Source: Octopus vulgaris
Lineage: Eukaryota
DNA length: 64,000 nucleotides
Assembly: GCA_951406725.2 (NCBI GenBank)
Contig: OX597828.1
Coordinates: forward strand, 9,300,001 to 9,364,000
Reading direction: 5' to 3'
How positions within the stretch are numbered: position 1 is the first letter of the stretch; each line of letters starts with the position of its first letter. Below the pieces are notes generated by a model that saw nothing but the letters and a program-made list of their open reading frames with translations, ran no database searches and was not told the DNA's origin. Positions 13,843 through 26,799 of the stretch are shown here, piece by piece. Position numbers and translations under genes: made by a program.

Positions 13843-14950
13843 GCTTAAAAAATATATTAAAATCGTTATGTTAGGAACGGCTGATTAAATTTTTTATACA
13901 GTGACATTGTTTCGTATTTTCTTTCTAATTTCTCAAATTTCTTTACCAATATCGTATCATCTCTTCGCTATGGTGTGATGCAGAAGATTTCAAAACAGGG
14001 GGAGGTAATCAGGGATTCTTTTTCGGTTCAAGGCAGATAATAAAATATGTTGGGAATGATTAGGTCTTGTTAATTTGACATGATTTGGTTTCCATAGAAG
14101 TGGTTAAGTTTTGGTTCAAATTTTTCAATGTGGTAAGTTTCCGTACTTAAAAATGCTAGAAATGGTTAAATTTTGTCTTATATTTTTTCAAAGAAGTAGG
14201 TTTCCTCATTTAATCTCACTTGTGTTTGTGTTCCAATGGCGCATTGATAAAATTGAAATTTTACAAATTGTGGTAGCAGTTGTTTTGCACATCTCTGTTT
14301 TCTTAGTATCCTTCTGTTTTCTGGGAATGCAATCTGCTTTCGTTGCAGATGGCATCTGCGTCTGAACGATAATCCCGTGGACCATATGTAGTTTTGCTGG
14401 CAGCCCGAGCATCTGATAACATAAATAAAGTTTTATGAGTTATAAGTAAAATCAGATTTGATTTTGAATTTAATGTCACCGTTTAAATAGGAATTATGTT
14501 CCTTCTAGAAGGTTTGGGCATGTTCCGCAATTAGGTCGACCATATTTTTTCACTTTTGCGTCCGTTATTTTAGAAAATAATTTTGCCGTTATGAAGATCT
14601 TTTTTAATAACTTCGGTTGTTTGTGACTTTTAATGAGCTGAACTGGGTGGGGTCTGTTAATGAGTGTTTTGTTGAGTTCTTGTAGTCTAAAATCACAGGT
14701 ATTTTTTCTGACATGATTGTGCATGGGTGAAGGGGATGTTTGTTATGGTGTGACTTGGGTGTCATGAATTAAATAGTAGATATTGTTTGGCGCCTGTGGT
14801 GTTTTAAATTATGTCCCTCTCTGCGTTTAGGTTTATTTTCCTAATTAATATACCCAAGAATGGGGGCACCTTTTGGTTGTATTCGATTGTAAATTGTATG
14901 TTTGGTTGACCAGGAAAGTTTACACTTGTTATGTTGTTTTTGTTTATTCA
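13720..14950 (-). mobile_element. Penelope-like element relic (RT C-terminus + GIY-YIG endonuclease + 3' region)
   Basis: Minus-strand peptides FTIEYNQK..PFLGILI, KQYLLFNS*HPSHT.TNIPF, RPNCGTCP, IKSDFTYNS*NFIYVIRCSGCQQNYI. A hammerhead 3' half (GAAAC-AAT-GTC) lies downstream at 13903-13913. Confidence 0.8.
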
Positions 14951-15180
14951 TTATATATCTTGAATTAATGTTGCACTGAGGAGTGAAACGTGTATAAAAC
15001 TGCACTGATTACGTAATCAAAATGTGATATGCAGCTAAATTCTGTTTTTAAATGACTTGCTTCGAGAGTTTGTTTCGGTACGATATGTTTATTTATTTTA
15101 GTAGTTTCGACTTTAAGAGTCCCTCCTAGCGTGCGGCATTTATGCGTAATAATGCTCTGTATATAATATTATATATATAT

Positions 15181-15570
15181 AGGTGCAGGAGTGGCTGTGT
15201 GGTAAGTAGCTTGCTAACCAGCCACATGGTTCCGGGTTCAGTCCCACTGCGTGGCATCTTGGGCAAGTGTCTTCTGCTATAGCCCCGGGCCGACCAATAC
15301 GTTGTGAGTGGATTTGGTAGACGGAAACTGAAAGAAGCCTGTCGTATATATGTATATGTATGTGTGTATCTGTGTTTGTCCCCTTAGCATAGCTTGACAA
15401 CAGATGCTGGTGTGTTTACGTCCCCGTCACTTAGCGGTTCGGCAAAAGAGACCGATAGAATAAGTACTGGGCTTACAAAGAATAAGTCCCGGGGTCGATT
15501 TGCTCGTGTAAAGGCGGTGCTCCAGCATGGCCACAGTCAAATGACTGAAACAAGTAAAAGAGTAAAAGAG
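15181..15570 (+). mobile_element. SINE family B, near full-length (tRNA head, CORE-like ttgggcaagt, internal microsatellite, CR1-like tail)
   Basis: A-box tggctgtgtgg and B-box-like ggttcagtccc. Multiple copies in the window. Tail repeats of gtaaaaga. Confidence 0.92.
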
Positions 15571-15596
15571 TATATATATATATATATATATATATA

Positions 15597-16448
15597 TGCC
15601 AGATGGTTTCAAATGTTTTAGCACTGGTTCTGTTGCACGCTAAGAGATAGCAGCGCAAGGTTGCGTGCCCAGTGAGACCTATCAATGTATTTTATGAAGC
15701 ACTGTACCTAGTGACATAGCTGTGCTTCTTTCGCAAGTTCTGCAAGTTGTGTTTTTATGGTCGCATATATGATCTGCAAATTTGTCATGGAGAAAGACAA
15801 AGAGGTTACGTGAGGTTTTGCGTTAAACATAGGAAGTCTACTACAGGGACATTCAGCATACTTTGACAATGTTAAGGTGACGCTTCAAAAGCGGAAGAAC
15901 GTCTCAGGGGAACGATGAGCAAATGAAAGACCTGCCACTAACGTCACTGACGGAAACATGGAATTGTGCATCGAGAATTCGTCCCCTAGGTTCAAACCGT
16001 AAATCGAGAGTTCTACTGCAACAATTTGGGGGAGGACATTCATAGAAAGCACACGGATCTGTGGAGTGCGAAGAATTGGATTCTTCGCCGAGCACTCCTC
16101 ACTCGTAAGTTTCTCACCAAAATCAACATGGTATCACTTTCGCACCCACTTTATTCGCCAGATTTGGCACCTGCGAACTTTATTCTCTTTCCCAATATGA
16201 AAAGGCAGCCCAAAGGACACCATTTTAACACCGTTGTAGAGATCGAGAGCGAAACACAGAATGTCCCCGACTCGCTCACAGAAAATGACTTCCAGGATGG
16301 GCTCCAAAAGTGACAGGAGCGCTGGGACCTGTGTATTGCTGCGCGAGGTGACTATTTCGAAGGGGATGACGTCAAAACTGAGGTAAATAAGTTTTGTATC
16401 ATTTATTTAACATAAATAGTCCTAGATCCTTTTGATACAGTCTTGTAC
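15597..16448 (+). mobile_element. Internally deleted mariner transposon relic
   Basis: HPLYSPDLAPANFILFP..KGHHF and ERWDLCIAARGDYFEGD. Degenerate TIR-like ends near 15597-15630 and 16415-16448, with TA at the ends. Confidence 0.9.
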
Positions 16449-16465
16449 ATAAATGTCTACGTGTG

Positions 16466-16510
<45 letters not shown>

Positions 16511-17459
16511 AAGTGTGAGCGTAAGCTTGAAGATCTTGTGAGTATGTGTATGTGTATGTTTTGGCGTATTTCTGTGTGTGTGTGCATGTGAGTGACTACG
16601 TTCAGCGATATGTGCGTGTGTTTTGATGTATGTATATATGTTGAATTGTGTGAAACTGTCTAACGTTTGTGTTTGAGAGTGTTTCAGTTTTGTTTGTGTG
16701 TATGTGGAAACATATATTTGCAGCAGATAATTTGTGGTTGTATATTGTTGTGCGAGTAGCATGTGTACGTGAGTGTATGCTCATGTGTTGTTTTTTAGAT
16801 GTGTATGGGTAGTAGTCATGCGTGTGTATGTGGACGAGTGTTCTTACACCTGTTATCATTCGGAGTGTGTATGTAGGACTGTTGTATAAAGGGTGTAAGC
16901 GTACCCAGTTCATATGTATGGGAATGTACGTATATATGTGTTTAGAGAAAGTCAGTGAGACACACACACATACATATCCACACACTCATTTCTATGTAAG
17001 AATATATGTATTGATAATAATTGAAATGGTAGTAATACATTATGAATGTTTTGTAGATATTGACTGAACTTGATATACATGCAAATGCTAATGAATTTCA
17101 ATTTAGAGAAACATATCTATCAAGTTAATTGAGATTATTTCTTTGAAACTATAATAAAATAGACCTTAGTTATTTCTTTAAATGTTTGTCTTGGTTGAGA
17201 ATCTGAATATTCCAATCGTTAGAATTACCATATCTTACAGAAACAACTTTTATATTGGAAACGCTTGGAATCAATAGCGAAAATAATATAAACTGTATCA
17301 TGCTTTATCGTGATCTATGAATATTTTTAACGCATAATATATTAACATATGGCTACCAAATTTATTCATTAGTAGGCTCAAGCAATTCATTGACAGAAAG
17401 AATATAATTCACACATAAATTTCAGAGCACCAGTAATGTTTTATATATTAGGTTTGGTT

Positions 17460-18655
17460 ATTGAAAGGATTAGAATGTACCTGAAATCGCTTTTTCATGG
17501 TTGAAATATCTTGGTGAAACTCTTCACCACGTTCGTTACTAACCGTCCCACATTTTGCTGGAAAAAGTCTATCAGGGAGTCTAAAAATTATATTTTAAGT
17601 GACATATTACATCCCATGTTCTTTCTCGCCTCAATGAAGTGTTACACAAATTCTTTGTAGTTTCCATCCCTTCTGTTTCCAAGAAATCCCTTCACCACTA
17701 ACTGGAATGTTTCCTAAGCATCTTTCTCCTCCCCATGAAGGGCGGATTCAAAGTCACTATATTTAAGAAGCTCTCGAATCTGTTGAAAAATGAAAACTCC
17801 CTCTTTTATCTTAGCTCAGAGTGGGGAATTTGGGTGTTAAATACTTCAATCCCTGACCAAGTTTGGCCATAGCTTTTACAAAGTTTTTCATGAGCCCCAT
17901 TTTTGTGTGTAGTGGTGGTAGCAAAAGTTTGGTTGGTTCAGTGAGAGGTGGATGCTGAACAATTTTCACCCTAGGCTCCAATGATTGATAAGGTTACCAG
18001 TCTCCCCTGATATGGTGGGAAACTCTTGCACGGCTGTCCCAATAACACAGAAAACAGCAGTATGTGGTGTCTCCACCCTGCAAGCCTATCACGAGAGCAT
18101 CACAAAAGCGCTTCTGTGATGCAAAGGTCACACCACCACGAATGTAGCAGAAGTTGTCTGCCTTATTCACACATGTAGGAGGCATCTGAAAGGAGAAGAC
18201 ACAAAAAACCAATTAGAAGATTAACAAAGAATTTATTCATAAATTTATCATTATCATACAGAGCATGACAGCTTAGCAGAATTATTTATATTATTCAGTA
18301 GGAAAATTAAATTAATATAAAATGTCTCACATGTATATTAATAGCTTGCTCGATGAATATTTATTACAAGTTTTAAAAAGTGTTTGACTAGGAAAATCAC
18401 CTACCTGTCAAATCAAAATGTAAACTTGCACAGCACAACCAGTTTCTATTACTACTGTAACAATACTGAAGGGTAGTGAGTGTGGAAAGAAACACACAGC
18501 CGCAAGGGTGTTGGAACCTGTTGTAACACGTAGGTGTATCTTGAAAAGCGGAGCTAACAAACAAATTCAACCATGATATTCATTATAAGTGACCTAAAAT
18601 TAGTTGGGAATTTCTACTCTGGTCTCGGAAACATTTTTGCTGTTGACCTGAGTTA
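17460..18655 (-). mobile_element. Chapaev-3-like (CMC) DNA transposon relic
   Basis: Minus-strand motifs MPPTCVNKADNFCYI, GLQGG.T.YCCFLCYWDSRA..DW, LPPLHTKMGLMKNFVKAM, MGCNMSLKI*FLDS, VSNERGEEFHQDISTMKKRFQ. The superfamily was assigned from recalled motifs. Confidence 0.75.
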
Positions 18656-18713
18656 TCAAAGAGGCAGCGTATCCACCTTGAATTAGTTGCAATGCATAGC
18701 CTTCTTAGAAACT

Positions 18714-18818
18714 TGATGCAAACGTCATCATGCTGAATTAGACGGTATAAATATTTCATATATATATATATATATATATGAAATATTTATACCGTCTAAT
18801 TCAGCATGATGCCGTTTG

Positions 18819-18823
<5 letters not shown>
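18714..18823. repeat. 110-bp near-perfect palindrome centred on (AT)11
   Basis: Arms 18714-18757 and 18780-18823 (44 bp) are reverse complements with one mismatch. Confidence 0.95.
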
Positions 18824-18886
<63 letters not shown>

Positions 18887-18889
<3 letters not shown>

Positions 18890-19150
18890 CGTGACCGACC
18901 AGGCTATCAGATGTTGCTACACATCGCTGGTCACAATGCGCTTCGCATTGTTTTAGCCTTCAAAGCGAGCAGGCCAACAGAAGAAAGAGTGAGAGAAAGT
19001 TGCGGCGAAAGAGTACTGCAGGGATCGCCATCACCCACTGCCGGAGCCTCGTGTAACTTTAGGTGTTTTCGCTCAATAAACACTCACAACGCCCGGTCTG
19101 GGAATCGAAACCGCGATCCTACAACCGCGAGTCTGCTGCCATTGCGTCTC

Positions 19151-19152
<2 letters not shown>
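18887..19152 (-). mobile_element. SINE family C (head X + tail T3)
   Basis: Shares gtgttttcgctcaataaacactcacaacgcccggtctgggaatcgaaac and gagagaaagttg with 52010-52193 and 53608-53782. The head has a small deletion. Confidence 0.88.
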
Positions 19153-19194
<42 letters not shown>

Positions 19195-19255
19195 CATACA
19201 TACATATATAGATATACATACATATATATATACATACACATATATATATATACAT

Positions 19256-19288
<33 letters not shown>

Positions 19289-19377
19289 ATAGAAATATTA
19301 AAATTACTAAGTCTCTCTAAAGGAGATTACGTCAGCTTTAGTCTTATACTTATAAGACTGCCATATTAGTATGGCGA

Positions 19378-19433
<56 letters not shown>

Positions 19434-19437
<4 letters not shown>

Positions 19438-20490
19438 TTAGGAAAGAATGATATATATATGATATATATATATTAAGTATAGGAAAGAATGATAAGGGTA
19501 AAAGAATATGTGCCCTATATAATTCCGAACTCTTTCCTATTCTGTTTGCCCGAGGCCGACTAATAAACTCGATTGTGGAGAGTTCTTTCAGATGCCCACA
19601 CTGGAAAAAGCATACCTTTTTCTCATAGCAATGAAGTCTAATATAGATAACCCCTGGATTTCCTAAAAAAAATTGAAAAGTGATACCTCATCCCTGTTAG
19701 TATAAAAGACTTTCTCATAGTTGCCAAGAACTACTACCAATCCCAACAGTAACCTTGTATTTGTCATTGCTATTGTGGCCGCCCTCTCCCTATTATGTTG
19801 TCACATTCGAGCACACAGACACAGTCTTTTCAGTTCTTGACCGTTAATTCTTGCTATATCTCTCTCTCTGCATTCCACACACACTTTCACGCATTCAAAG
19901 ACGCACACACACATACATTAAGGCAATTTTACACACTCATACATTCGAGCACTCATTCATAAAATAAATCAAATATAAACACCAGTCATACAGAATACAT
20001 TCACACTCTTTAATTTTCCTATACCTTCCTTCTACTACTTGATGCTGCCCTTGAACTATGTCAACGGACAATTTCTTCTGCTTTCATCCAATCTGGCGTC
20101 AACCCCTATAAATAGACATTTTTTTCATTATTTTTATGGGCTCCTCGTGAGCAGTCGTCGAAAAGCTTGTTGCGCATTTTGTTGGAGAATTAAGTTCCTG
20201 GATTTTCCTGAAGAGAAAGCTGCATAATGGACTCCTTAGTCACTCGGAATTAGGGACTTTGCAGACTTCGAAACATATGTCGAAAATAAGATAAAGGAAT
20301 TTTGTTAAATATTCGTGCAGCTCCATTCTTTCCTATACTTAATATATAAAACTTCAAATTTCCGCACTAAGGCACGGACTTTATGCCCTATGGTCGTAAC
20401 TTCAACCGTGCCCTTTCTGTTGTGAGTTTGCTACCCAGGTATCGGTTATCTTTCGAATTATCTGTAATAAGATAATTCATTTGTCTACCT
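19434..20490 (+). mobile_element. Penelope-like element 3' end / pseudo-LTR flanked by (TA)n
   Basis: From about 19494 to 19628 it reads KGKRICALYNSELFPILFARGRLINSIVESSFRCPHWKKHTFFS*, resembling the PLE endonuclease C-terminal CxLCxxE..LLN..E..CxH pattern. A hammerhead lies downstream at 20202-20287. Confidence 0.65.
20202..20287 (+). ncRNA. Type I hammerhead ribozyme with intact core
   Basis: Stem I ATTTTC/GAAAAT; core CTGAAGA at 20208-20214; extended stem II (GAA/TTC, CTGCA/TGCAG, TCCTTAGT/ATTAGGGA); GAAA at 20270-20273; palindromic stem III ACATATGT; cleavage triplet GTC at 20279-20281. Confidence 0.85.
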
Positions 20491-20507
20491 ATATATATAT
20501 ATATATA

Positions 20508-20730
20508 TACACCAGAGATTGCTAAAAAGTTCCTGACTTAAAAGGTATCGTGAAAGGCCTGCTTAAAGACTCAATATTCCGAGTTATTATAGAAGGCTTA
20601 GACAAACCGAACGACTGCTGCGATAATAGTGTCAATTTGAGAGAGGGGCATGTTGAATAAGATCATAATGTAACGATACTCCTGTACTTTCTTTTACTCA
20701 CTGCCTGAAACCTTTCAGCTGTCCATCGTA
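20508..20730 (+). mobile_element. Mariner-derived MITE (~220 bp), copy 1
   Basis: TIR-like gctaaaaagttcctg..ctgaaacctttcagc with TA ends. Contains a remnant of the transposase C-terminus (..gagaggggcatgttgaataa). Homologous to 31975-32196 and 61629-61844 in opposite orientation. Confidence 0.8.
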
Positions 20731-20794
20731 TATGTGTGCACGTGTATACATGCACAAATGTGTGCGTATATATACAACATGATAGTTCGTTAGC

Positions 20795-20970
20795 CACTTC
20801 ACACATTTTTTCCCTCCTTGTTTCTCTCCTTTTTTCTGTGTCCCTTTCTGTAGAAGAGCTTAGGCTCGAAACGTAAAAGACTTTTTCTATTCCTGAGCGT
20901 TATATTAATACATCTGTTTGTTTTGTAAACCACCTGTCTTCGTCTTTTGTTTTTTTCGTAAACTCTCCCT
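20795..20970 (+). mobile_element. ~180-bp repeat module carrying a variant hammerhead motif (20840-20881), copy 1
   Basis: Closely similar to 63790-63973. Motif gtc-cc-ttt CTGTAGA A GAGC-ttag-GCTC GAAACGTA aaagac. Ends in (TA)n. Confidence 0.8.
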
Positions 20971-20981
20971 ATATATATGTT

Positions 20982-21026
<45 letters not shown>

Positions 21027-21814
21027 ATGTGTATATATAGGAAGGGCCATAACTCAGTGTGTTCGGGCCATGAAGTTGGACAGAAACGATGAATAAAATC
21101 ACATTATATACCGTACATGTTAGGTAGTTGATTTATTGTAACCAGCGTCGACCCATTTTGAAAGGCGATCGACAAATTATAAATGCCAATTGATATTGTC
21201 TACTAGAGAGAAAATGAGATAAACTTAAGAAGCGAAAATTCGGTAAATTGAGATCATAAAGTAAATCGTTATAATTTATTCGAACACAGCGGAACATTTG
21301 ACTATAGTAGTTTCACCGTCAAAAGATATCATTACCTCAGTATATTTGTATACATACAAATATACATAGCTTTGGGTTGCATGTATGTATTGTGTGTGTA
21401 TGTGTGTGTGTATGTGTGTGTGTGTGCGCGCGCATATCTACTTGCTCTCAAGATGAGTAAATATAGTACGGCTAAATAGCCAATTAGTCGCATCATATTT
21501 TCAAGATTTATATTCATTACGCGCCAAAAAATTGCTAAATTCAAATAACGTGATGCACACAGCTTAGCTGTTGTGTTGTGTACAACTCACTAAAGTTGCG
21601 TAATTTGTCTGAATGTAATTACTTCATCTTATTTTAGCAAAGTCACAAAATTCTTAGGTAAATTCTTAACCATGATATAGGAAAATTAGAATTAAGCTAA
21701 TTTCTCTTGTGGTACCTGAGATGCAAATATATATGGAAGCATAATTATATAGGGTTGAAATCGGGTGGATTTGTTCTGAGTGTTATATGTATTATTTTTG
21801 AAACACTAAATATG

Positions 21815-22850
21815 AATATAAGATTTAGCTATAATAAAAATGGAATGGAATTTATATGACAGGCTAGAAAATGGGCAGATTCTCCTGGTCTTCACTGTTT
21901 AGTTCGAAAGTGAACAGGACATTTGAAATATTTATAAGAAGTTGTCGAAATGGTTGTTACAAACATTTTAAAATAATAATTTCTACTATACTAAAGGCTC
22001 TTCCATATTATTCAATATGGTGGCATTTTGTGCAGTTCGAAATTTATAAATTCCTGTGCTACTGAAACACGAAATATTTCTTTATTCACTTTCCTTATAT
22101 AATCGATGTTGTTCTTTATCAACAAACAAATACAATTGGAGAAGTCTGTGGCATTTTATTTGCCAGTGTCAAAAGGAAGCTGCTTGTATGATTTAATTTT
22201 CATGTTCTGCACATGCTCGTAGAGAACATTTTTGAATATGGTCTATCCTATTCATATGTGTATTTTGCTAAAAAGTTTTCGTATGGGGCCCTTAAAGTAA
22301 TTTAAGATCCATAGACTAGCTCTTCGTCTTTAGAAGCTTATTCTAATTTTCTGAATTACAAGGTAGAAACAGAACATTTTCTGCCGCTCTTTCACTCCCA
22401 AACCATCTATTAATGAATTTTAAAATTCGAATTTAGCCTTATCTTTCAGTAACATTTCATTTCGTTTCTTCGGTGTATGAAAAATACTAGGCTCATGTTT
22501 CAAGTTTTGGAATAAATGAAGAGTAAACATGAAGAGTGAAAAAATATTTTTACACTTCAGAGATGATCGTCAAAACATTTGAAATGTGTGAAACCTCTAA
22601 CACAATTTTAATAGATGTACAAGGTGGTCCTGAAGTAACGCTGCCATTTAATACCTCAATAAATGTTTAATATCTATTTATTTCTGAAACAATATTTCTA
22701 TAAATGTCAGTATAACATGTGGATGTTTTTTAAAGCTTAATTATGAAGCCAAATTTCACACAATATAAGAACTAGCTATAATAAAAATAGGACGGAATTT
22801 ATATGACATACTATATAACAGGCATATTCTACTGCTCTTTACTGTTTAGT
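21815..22850 (+). repeat. Diverged ~90-bp direct repeat pair (21815-21903 and 22762-22850)
   Basis: aatataaga..tagctataataaaaat..ggaatttatatgaca..ggca.attct.ctg.tctt.actgtttagt is present twice. Confidence 0.85.
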
Positions 22851-23223
22851 CAAATTAATGTAGAATAATGCTGGCCAAAAACCAGAAGTGTCGCGAAACG
22901 CAGGTGAGCTGTATCAAAATTAGTTAATAGCAATAGAATATTAATTAGTGTATCCAGCCGAAATCATTAATTATATAGCAAGGAATATATCATATCCCAA
23001 TGAAGATGAGGTGTTTCGATAGCAAACTCGTTGATTTCTGTGGAGGAAAGCATTGGGCCACGCTCATCTTATGACTTTTAATTATCATATATCATCAGTT
23101 TTGTGATATCATAACAGACATTGTTACCACTAACTTTGTTGTATGTCGCCTGGATCTTGCCGTCAAATATTCTATGTTCTATAAACAACGTATATTCTAT
23201 ATAAATAGAGAATATTGTACGAC

Positions 23224-23274
<51 letters not shown>

Positions 23275-26200
23275 CTAAAGCATATAACTTTTCATATAGC
23301 TTTATCACAGAAGTACTCGAATTAAAATATGGTACACTCTGACTCATGTTTTTACATGCATTTTTTAAACATGTCATTGAGTATGAGTCTCTAAATTTAC
23401 AGCTAAATACAGAATGCTGAGGCTGTCATTTACATACAAAACTGAAAAGTTTGGTGGCAAAGATTAAGTAAATCATTTATTAGAATCATGCAAGTCGATT
23501 TTGCATTCGATATATCAAATGTGCAGGAATAAGTGCTAAATAATTTTCATCGTAGTGATGTATGAGAAATACTCCTTTCTTTGTTTTCGAAATAGTGTGA
23601 CTTACCAGCTGGTACAACAGCGAGCTGTAGAAATATTCTAAACTCTTGGTATCGCAGACAACGAAATACATTTGCTTTTACTCATAACACTACAGAAATG
23701 TGCAAGAATTCTTTTGCATACCGACTATGAAGTCGCTGCCAAGTCATAGATGGCAAGTAAATGACATTTCAGAATCCTTGAAAACGAAAACCTTTATGTA
23801 TGTGTTCCTAGTAATCAAAATCAATTTTATGTGAGCATATCTATGATTCCAAAACAATTTCCGCTATAGTTTGATTTCTTTTTCTCCATATCTAATTCAT
23901 ATTTTTGCGGATTTCACTCAGTTTCTCAATCCCGTTGAGTTATATCCCTTAATTTTATTTTTGCACTTTAACTTAATCAGCACAATATTGATCATCACCA
24001 TAATTCGCAAATACGTAATTTTGTATTGCTCATGTGTGAGACAGATTTATATTGTGAAGTGCCTTTAGGAGAAGGATTGATCATTGATGATAAATAAACA
24101 TTTCTTTGATTAGGTCTGCTAATTAAATTGTGCTGGACATAATTGAAGGCGGACTATGAAATCTATAGGATTGGAAGTAGGCAAAGACTTATTCACTTGT
24201 GTAGCAGCAACGATATAAATGATTTTTATGATATATACTTTTCTATTATGGAAGTTTCAATACATTTGCCTCCAAAAGAAATCGAAACATGGTCTGCAAA
24301 CTTTTGTTCGTTTTCTTTTTTCTTCACGTCACGCAACGTACAAACAATGCACAAACTTATATAATTACCTACATTATACCATATCATATGCTATGTATGT
24401 ATAGTTAAAACCATCGATATATAAATTTCATAAGTTAGTGTTATATATGCTTCAAGTGATTCAGCTATCTTTTACTTATACCGTAAGTGCATTATTCCCG
24501 TTTCTGTGATTTAAATTTTAAATCTCAGACTTCTGCAATCGATCTTTTGATAAAAATACATTTTCCCTAATATATGTATATTATAGCAAATGTGCAACAA
24601 AGTGGACAGAAATGATTTACATACGAAGTTGTTAAAGAAATTATTGCAAAGTCTATGTCTTTAGTGTTTTATTTCTTTTTTGAGACTAACTTTTCCATAT
24701 GATACAGATTTAATAATGGCTGTTTTAACAAAAAAAAAATCCGTGATATAAACTATTGTATTTTAAACGATGTGCCGCGCTTATTGCTCTAGACACACAA
24801 ATATACAAACAAGCACACAAACGAACCCTACCCACCATATATATATATATATAAATGTGTCTGATTCTGTGTATTTATGTGTGTGTCCGTGCAAGTGTAT
24901 TCGTATGTATATATGCTTATTTAATATTTTATATGAATTGTGTGTTGTTATTTTGTTTTTGCAGATGAATGGTTATGAAAAAATTGCTTATTTTCCACAA
25001 TTTGTTTTGAAATATTTGAATTATGATATTGTTGGTGTTGAGTACATCCTTTTCAAGATTTATAATGCTTGCCGCTTTCCATTAAATAACAGTGAAGTTA
25101 TAAGGTCTTGAAAAAGTGTACGCCATGAAATCAATATAAATAACCAACTTAGGCATTTGTAAATAGATTGTATTGTTCCACATGCCATCTATTTTTAACA
25201 ATATATTCAAAATTATTTTTTCTCCTATCATATTTCTTATCAGACATGATGTATCGTCTGCGCTATCCTATTAATTTGGTAGCCGTAAATTATATATTCG
25301 AGCAACGTTTATTGCTGAGAGTATGTGGTCGTATTTCTAAGGTGTCACGAATTATAAGATACCTGTTATGTGTCTTAGAGAATAGATGCATTAGTGAGAA
25401 GCTTCGGATGCTACGGGATTTATAATGATAGTTAGTAAGAGAAAGAAAGAATCAAGTTGATGAAGAAAATATTTTCCAATTATCTCCATGACCTTATAGA
25501 TGCCGGGTTTAAGAGCTATAGGACAGTGGTTGGCAGGGTCAATGAGATCCATTAAAATTTCGTGGGAGGTTGGCATCATCAGATACAAAAGCGCAAGTAA
25601 ATCTTAGATCATTTCACTTTAATATAGTTAATTCTTCAATATATGGTTGTATGCGTGCGTGTATGTATATGAGTGTGCGTTGTGTATGTGTTTATGAATA
25701 TATGTATATGCATATGTATGTGTATTTATTTCTCTCTATCTCTTCTTCGATCTTCGGTTTGACATTTCTTTTTGCTCCTTTCTTTTCCCAAATATAATTT
25801 AACATCATCCAGTCTCTTCTATACACTGTCTAGCTTTCCATTTTTCTCAAAATCATTGTTGTTATTTCTCTTCGTTACTCAATTTCCAACATTTAATTAC
25901 TCATTCCCACATTCTTCACATAGTCTCCCTCCTATGCACCAGCTCCATTTTTAATTATTTAATTAATGTCGTATAGAGTAACTAGTATGTTTCGACATTG
26001 GTAAAAATTTACCACACCAATGCATAGAAGAGGAGGCATGCAAGAGCCTAGTGCCATCTGCTCTGGACCTTTGCATTCTGATCTCAAAACACGAAATTGA
26101 CTATATTTGTACGGGGCTTAATTTGTGTCATCCAGTTTTAAAAAATTTACTTGGTAACGTGTGAGTCTTTAGAAGCGTCCACTTTGTTGCTAGCATCGTG

Positions 26201-26329
26201 GTCAGGCTCCAAGAGTTAGAAAACACTATCGCTCTTTACTGTCTATCAGACATTGTAAAGGGTCATAAGTGTTGCTTTATTTCTTGAACCTCATTGAAAA
26301 TATAAGAATATAAAGTCCTCTCCATAATT

Positions 26330-26720
26330 ATCGTGGCTGTGTCGTAAAAAACATGTTTCACTAACACTCGTCCCGAGTTCAGGTCCACTGCATGGCAACT
26401 TGGGCATGCGTCTTCTATATTCTCGGGCCAACCAAAACCTTGTGAGTTCATCTGTTCGACGGAAGTATACAGAAGTCCTTTATATATGTATGTGCGTGCG
26501 TGTGTGTGTATGTATGCATACATGTATGTCCCATTCCAACGCTTGACATGTGGAGGTGGCGTTGGTGTGTTTCCATCCCTGCAACTTAGCAATTCATCGA
26601 AAGAGAAAATAAGAACTAAGCTGAAAAAGTAAAATAGTTCAAATTAAAAATTGCTCAAGGTCGTGCACCAGCATGGACGCAGTCTACTGATTGTAAAGAT
26701 GTACAAGGTAACAAATATAA
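26330..26720 (+). mobile_element. SINE family B, old copy
   Basis: Colinear with 15181-15570. Confidence 0.8.
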
Positions 26721-26799
26721 GATAAACTTATATTCCTATGTATATCACATATTGCACTAGCCTACATATAACGTATTCTAATTTAAGTTTGTTATTTAT

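Noticed and set aside
14976-14995. CTGAGGA-GT-GAAACGTGTA next to the PLE relic
   Set aside because: Only 2 nt where stem II should be and no convincing stem I.
15181-15260. tRNA-like A/B boxes here and in other SINE heads
   Set aside because: No complete cloverleaf. They continue into multi-copy SINE bodies, so they are not called tRNA genes.
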